From the NCBI GenBank assembly GCA_963663965.2, contig CAXXFK010000036.1, positions 45,089-109,088 of the forward strand: a stretch of 64,000 nucleotides of DNA, in the 5' to 3' direction. Each line of letters opens with the position of its first letter. The first letter of the stretch is position 1. Below are positions 61,141 through 64,000 of this stretch, piece by piece. The notes under the pieces are model-generated. The model was given only the letters and a program-made list of their open reading frames with translations. It made no database searches and had not been told where the DNA came from. Made by a program: the position numbers and the translations under genes. Source of the stretch: Sedimentisphaerales bacterium. Its GTDB lineage: Bacteria; Planctomycetota; Phycisphaerae; Sedimentisphaerales; SM23-30.

Positions 61141-63695
61141 ATGAAGACCAAAATCGGTAAAAATTTGAATCTGCTGATCGCGCTGGTTCTGTTTGCCAGT
61201 TCGATCTGGGTACTGCATGTGAAGTTGAAAGACACACATCCGCGGGATATTGTTCGACAATTGCGTCAATTTCCGGGGATGATGATCTGGCTGGCGGGGT
61301 TGTTTACGGTGTTGAATTACTGGATATTAACCTGGTATGATACCCTGGCGCTGCGGTATCTGAAGCACCGGCTGGCGTATCCCAAAATTATGCTGGCTTC
61401 GTTTATCGGGTATGTTTTCAGCCACAATACCACGGTTCTGGGGGGGACCGCGGCCCGGTTTCGCATTTATTCCAACCTGGGCTTGAATGCGGAGCAGATC
61501 GCCCGGTTGATTCTATTTTGCGCGATCACCTTCTGGGTGGGTTTTCTTAGTCTGGGCGGCTTTGTATTTACCTGGTATCACCAGGCGGCGCCTTCGGCCA
61601 TCCACCTGCCCGGCAAGACCCTGCTGCCCTTGGGGTTGTTGATGCTGGCGCTGGCTGGGGGGTACCTGGTCATCGTTGGCTTTGGTCGACGCGAACTGGC
61701 GTTACGCGGCTGGACTTTCGAACTCCCGACGCTACGCCTGGCGCTGTTGCAGGTTGTCATATCCGTAGGCGACTGGCTCTGCGCGGCCGCGGTGTTGTAT
61801 CTGCTGATTCAACCGGTATGCCACCTGTCCTACAGCCAGTTTCTGGGTTTCTTTCTACTGGCCCAGATCGGTGGAATCCTCAGTGCGGTCCCGGCGGGTC
61901 TGGGTGTGTTCGATTCGGTACTACTCCTGCTGCTGTCGCAGACTGTTGCCCCCAATGTGCTGGCCGGCTCCCTGCTGTTGTATCGCCTGATCTATTATCT
62001 GATACCCCTGCTGGCCGGTTCCATTCTGCTTGGACTAAACGAGGCCTTGCAGCATGTGGAAAAGTTGTCGCGGGCGGCCCGCTGGGCTTCCGGATTGACT
62101 GCCGCATTGGTCCCGGTGGTCTTTTCCCTGGGCAGCTTTATGGCGGGCCTGATCCTGCTTTTTTCCGGTACGCTTCCGGCGGTTAAGGGGCGACTGGAAA
62201 TCCTGAACCATTTTATCCCACTGAGCGGTATCGAGTTCTCCCCATTTTATGGGCAGTATGGTCGGGGCCAGCCTGCTGATCCTGTCACGCGGTCTTTTAC
62301 GCCGGATCAACCTGGCCTGGTACCTGACGGTGGCGCTGCTGATGCTTGGGATGGTATTTTCACTACTGAAAGGTTTCGACTACGAAGAAGCAATCACTCT
62401 GTTTATTTTGCTGGTGGCGCTGCTGCCCTGTAAGAACAAGTTTTTCCGCAAGGCATCCCTGCTGGCCCAGCCGCTCAACCCGTACTGGATCGGCCTGATT
62501 ATCGTGGCCATGGGCAGTGTCATCTGGCTGGGTCTGTTCGTTCATAAACATGTGAGCTATTCCGATGAACTCCTGGTGGCGGTTCGCGTTAAATGCCAAT
62601 GCGCCACGTTTTTTGCGGGCCACGGCCGGGGCGGTGGCGGTTATCCTGTTGGTGGCGATGGCGCGGTTGTTCAAACTGCGCGCCGGTCTGCCTGCGCCGG
62701 TTGAGCCTGTGAATCTGGATGAGGTTCAGGTTATTGTCCAGCAGGCGCCCGATACCACGGCATGGTTGGCGCTGTTGGGCGACAAACAGTTTTTGTTCAG
62801 CCCCACGCGCAAGACCTTTATTATGTTCGCCATTCAGGGCAATAGCTGGATCGCGATGGGCGATCCGGTTGGACTCGATAGTGAAAAACAGGATCTGATC
62901 TGGCAATTCCGCGAGCAGTCCCATCGTCAGGGCGGCAAGGCGGCGTTTTATCAGGTAGACAGCAACTGTTTAAACCTTTATCTGGAACTGGGGATGACCT
63001 TTATCAAGCTGGGTGAAGAAGCGCGGGTCAACTTAACCAGTTTCAGTCTGGAAGGGCCGGAACGCCGGGAGCTGCGCCATATCCATCATAAGTTTGCCCG
63101 GGAAGGCATCCTCTTGCAGATCCTGCCGGTGGATCGGGTGGAATCCTGTCTGGAAGCGATCATGGCCATTTCCGACAGCTGGCTGACCGCCAAGAATACC
63201 CGTGAAAAAGGGTTTTTGCTGGGGTATTTTGATCGGGACTATATCCGGCGCTGTCCGGTGGCCCTGGCCCTAAAAGGCGACAGGATACTGGCTTTCAGTA
63301 ATCTGTGGCTGAGCGACACCCGCCAGGAACTGTCCGTTGACCTGATGCGCTATCAGCCGGATGAGGCGCCGGGCGGGACAATGGATTTTCTGTTTACCGA
63401 ACTGATGCTCTGGGGAAAGAATGAGGGCTATCAGTGGTTCAACCTGGGATCATCTCCCTTGTCGGGCATCGAAGACCATGCCCTGGCCACGTTCTGGATG
63501 AAAGTATCCAACCTGATCTATCGCCACGCCGAGCATTTCTATAATTTCCAGGGATTGCACCAGTACAAGGAAAAGTTCAATCCCGAATGGCGTCCCAAGT
63601 ATCTGGCCTGTCCCAATGGCTTTGCTTTGCCACAGATTATCTCAGATCTGACTACGTTGACCTCCGGGGGATTAAAGGGGCTGTTCAGTAAATAA
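61141..63695 (+). pseudogene. mprF: Aminoacyl-phosphatidylglycerol flippase/synthase MprF, split by two +1 frameshifts (true pseudogene or sequencing error)
   Basis: Three consecutive frames carry the flippase (GGTAARFRIYS, VPAGLGVFD, YRLIYYLIP), the middle TM part (KGFDYEEA) and the synthase (IAMGDPVG, KLGEEA, VDLMRY, YNFQGLHQYKEKFNPEWRPKYL). Confidence 0.85.
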
Positions 63696-64000
63696 GCATG
63701 GACCCCCAGGCAACCCTTCTATGGGTTGTCGAGGATGATTGGCCTCGAGAACGCAGATGACGACTTTTGCAGCCGGTCGCAGTAGAAAATTCTTTTTGTT
63801 AGGTGCTCTAACATTGAAGCGTTCGTATGGACCAACGGTCGCAGTCGTATAGCGCGGGAAAAATATGCAGGGCAGGCAAAATTCTTATCGATATGATTTG
63901 ATGGGGCTGGCCGAATGGTTTGACGAATTGTTATGATGATGTTTTGTCCGATGGATTTTGCATAACCCCATTCGCAAATGGCCACCAATTGACCCCCATC

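Noticed and set aside
63719..63988. 89-aa ORF at the window end
   Set aside because: Short, with no recognisable motif or RBS; it cannot be supported.

Overview
Bacterial chromosomal window, probably from a Planctomycetota/Phycisphaerae-type organism. That assignment is an inference from the sulfatase and GH content, the VPxPxAxLLG PEP-CTERM variant, a dockerin-like C-terminus, a BlaI/M56 pair and a GGM-rich secretin. Housekeeping genes include glyA, carB, tsaB, dgt, an M24 peptidase, an FAD/Fe-S oxidoreductase and a twice-frameshifted mprF. There is a beta-mannan utilisation locus (LacI, GH5-like, GH130, cellobiose 2-epimerase, SSS transporter, GH26), several other CAZyme/sulfatase fusions and two MITE-like hairpin elements. 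Two candidate systems stand out. (1) An operon-like run of orphan pilM, membrane-anchored GrpE-like protein, lid-less Hsp70 and a TerB/J-like protein lacking HPD, which may be a dedicated envelope-linked Hsp70 machine. (2) A ParA/Soj ATPase fused to a glycogen-binding CBM48 domain and coupled to a Walker-A-less FlhG/MinD-like partner, which may position glycogen granules. No rRNA, tRNA, CRISPR array or transposase was recognised. All assignments come from reading motifs by eye; no searches were run.
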